A stretch of DNA of 64,000 bases from positions 62,001-126,000 of the forward strand of contig JAWMAR010002203.1 of assembly GCA_036785375.1 (NCBI GenBank), given 5' to 3'. This document shows, in pieces, positions 62,425 to 64,000 of the stretch. Within the stretch, counting starts at the first letter, position 1. Every line of letters starts with the position of its first letter. The position numbers and the translations under genes are program-made. The DNA comes from Leucoraja ocellata. Taxonomy: Eukaryota. The notes under the pieces are model-generated. The model was not told the origin of the DNA. It saw nothing but the letters and a program-made list of their open reading frames with translations, and did not search any database.

Positions 62425-63368
62425 AAGATTAATTTTGTGCACTACACCATAAATTGTTTATCTACATATATCAAAATTGGGGCTGAAATTTGTATGGGTG
62501 AGTTGACTGCACGCATTGAAAATGTTGCTGGCATATATTTTCATTGGGAGGAGTTGCCAAGGAGGAACAGTCCTCATTTAAAATTGCACTTTGATGTATT
62601 GGAGGGAACCTAGCTTTACAAGGTTGAATTAATTCCCCATATCTCCCAATCAATAAATAAAGTAGAAATGACCACACGTTGATCCTTAACATAACAAATA
62701 TTTGTCTGGCCCAATCCTCTGAAAAGTACAGCTATTTAATTGTTGATAAAAAGTATACCTGCATATTGCACATTATCGCGTTAAGACTGCAGTAGCCAAC
62801 ATGTCAATCTTTTTAATGAAAAAAGTAACAAGAAATTTTCTTTGATTTTTATTTTTGGGGGCAGGTTTTCAAAAATGAATCCGTTGAATTTAACTGAGCC
62901 AAAGTGATTATCAACATCTGACATTTATCTAAGTAGCACTTTGTATTATGTATTCTGATTAATGTAAAATTAATATCATAACTTTTTTTGCCATTAAACA
63001 TATAAATATAAGCCTGTCTTTTTTGTCTTTCTGAAGGTTTGCCAAAGGAAGGTCTGTGGTCCTTTTAAAAAATAATAATATTGTATATAACGCAGTTAAC
63101 AGTAAATGGCTAAGCTGCAGATGGAGAATTAAAGGGCTGTAGGAATTGAAGGCGAATTAAAGTAGTAGACTGATGGAGAGGAGGAAGAAAATTATTTGAG
63201 ACGGCATTAGCAGTTTCGGAGTGACATTACAAGGTGGTGGGTGCTATATTTAAGGAGTTTTAGAAGCAGATTGGGCTGTTGGAAAGTATTTGATTGAACA
63301 GCAAACAATTTAATTTCTTTCTTCATGTACTTTGTACTTCATGTTCTTCGTAATTCCTGTTCCTAGGT

Positions 63369-63495
63369 TTGAAGAAGTATATCAACCCGCAACATCACCT
63401 ATTCCTTTTCTCAAGAGATACTGCCTGACCCGCTCAGTTACTCCAGCATTTTGTGTCCATCTTCGGTGTAAACCAGCATCTGCAGTTCCTTCCTG
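63369..63495 (+). repeat. Penelope-like short repeat (decayed)
   Basis: tgaagaagtatatcaacccgcaacatcacctattcc...gcagttccttcc. Confidence 0.6.
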
Positions 63496-64000
63496 CAAAT
63501 AGCGTGTTCAGAAACTGTTTTAATGAATGGAAAAGCAAAACCTTAGAGTAAAACTGCAACTTCTGATAAAAGAAAGATAATTTCCCCAGAAAAAAATGCA
63601 GCAGGTTATATGCAAAAAATGTGCCTAAAACCAAGCTGTCAATTAATGCAGTAATAACAAAGAAACTGCCCAATTAGCTTACAATTTCAAATTCAGGAAG
63701 TTCTCAGGTTATGACAGGGTGCAAAATCAGGGTGAAATAAATCCAAAGAGTGCATGGGAGAGGATCACAGATAACAGATGTGACAGGAGAGCGAGCAGAC
63801 ATAAGAAGAGTGGCCGTCAGCCTGCTTCAGTGAGTGAGCTAGTGAGTGCTCAGCGCTCCCAGTTCAGCTTGGCTCGTCCCAGGCCCCGATTATCGCACCT
63901 CGTCGGCGGTGGGGCGGGGTGGAGTGATGGGGAGAGAAGGCACATGGAAACACCCTATTCCCACTCCTCAGCAGCAGAAAATCCACCCCATCGGTATCCC

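Overview
Vertebrate genomic DNA, most likely from a cartilaginous fish (skate/ray-like; inferred only from the repeat content: V-core HE1-type SINEs, CR1, Rex1 and Penelope-like fragments). Two genes lie in tandem on the + strand. (1) PPP2R2A (PP2A B55-alpha): the window opens inside its long intron 2 and holds coding exons 3-10 (21612-33625), including a U12-type intron. (2) A complete 6-exon BNIP3L/NIX gene (45286-60068, 210 aa) with a CpG-island promoter. Most notable: a candidate alternative first exon of PPP2R2A (11103-11193, MKCFHCHFFY..., phase-compatible with exon 3) that resembles the mitochondria-targeting exon of mammalian PPP2R2B B-beta2; a 1.38-kb near-perfect palindrome (18083-19460); a 38-bp TIR-only element with an 8-bp target duplication just upstream of BNIP3L; many short repeats with hammerhead-ribozyme-like cores; and a local duplication bracketed by those repeats. 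Exon boundaries were read by hand and are phase-consistent. Repeat boundaries are approximate. Protein comparisons are from memory, not from a database search.
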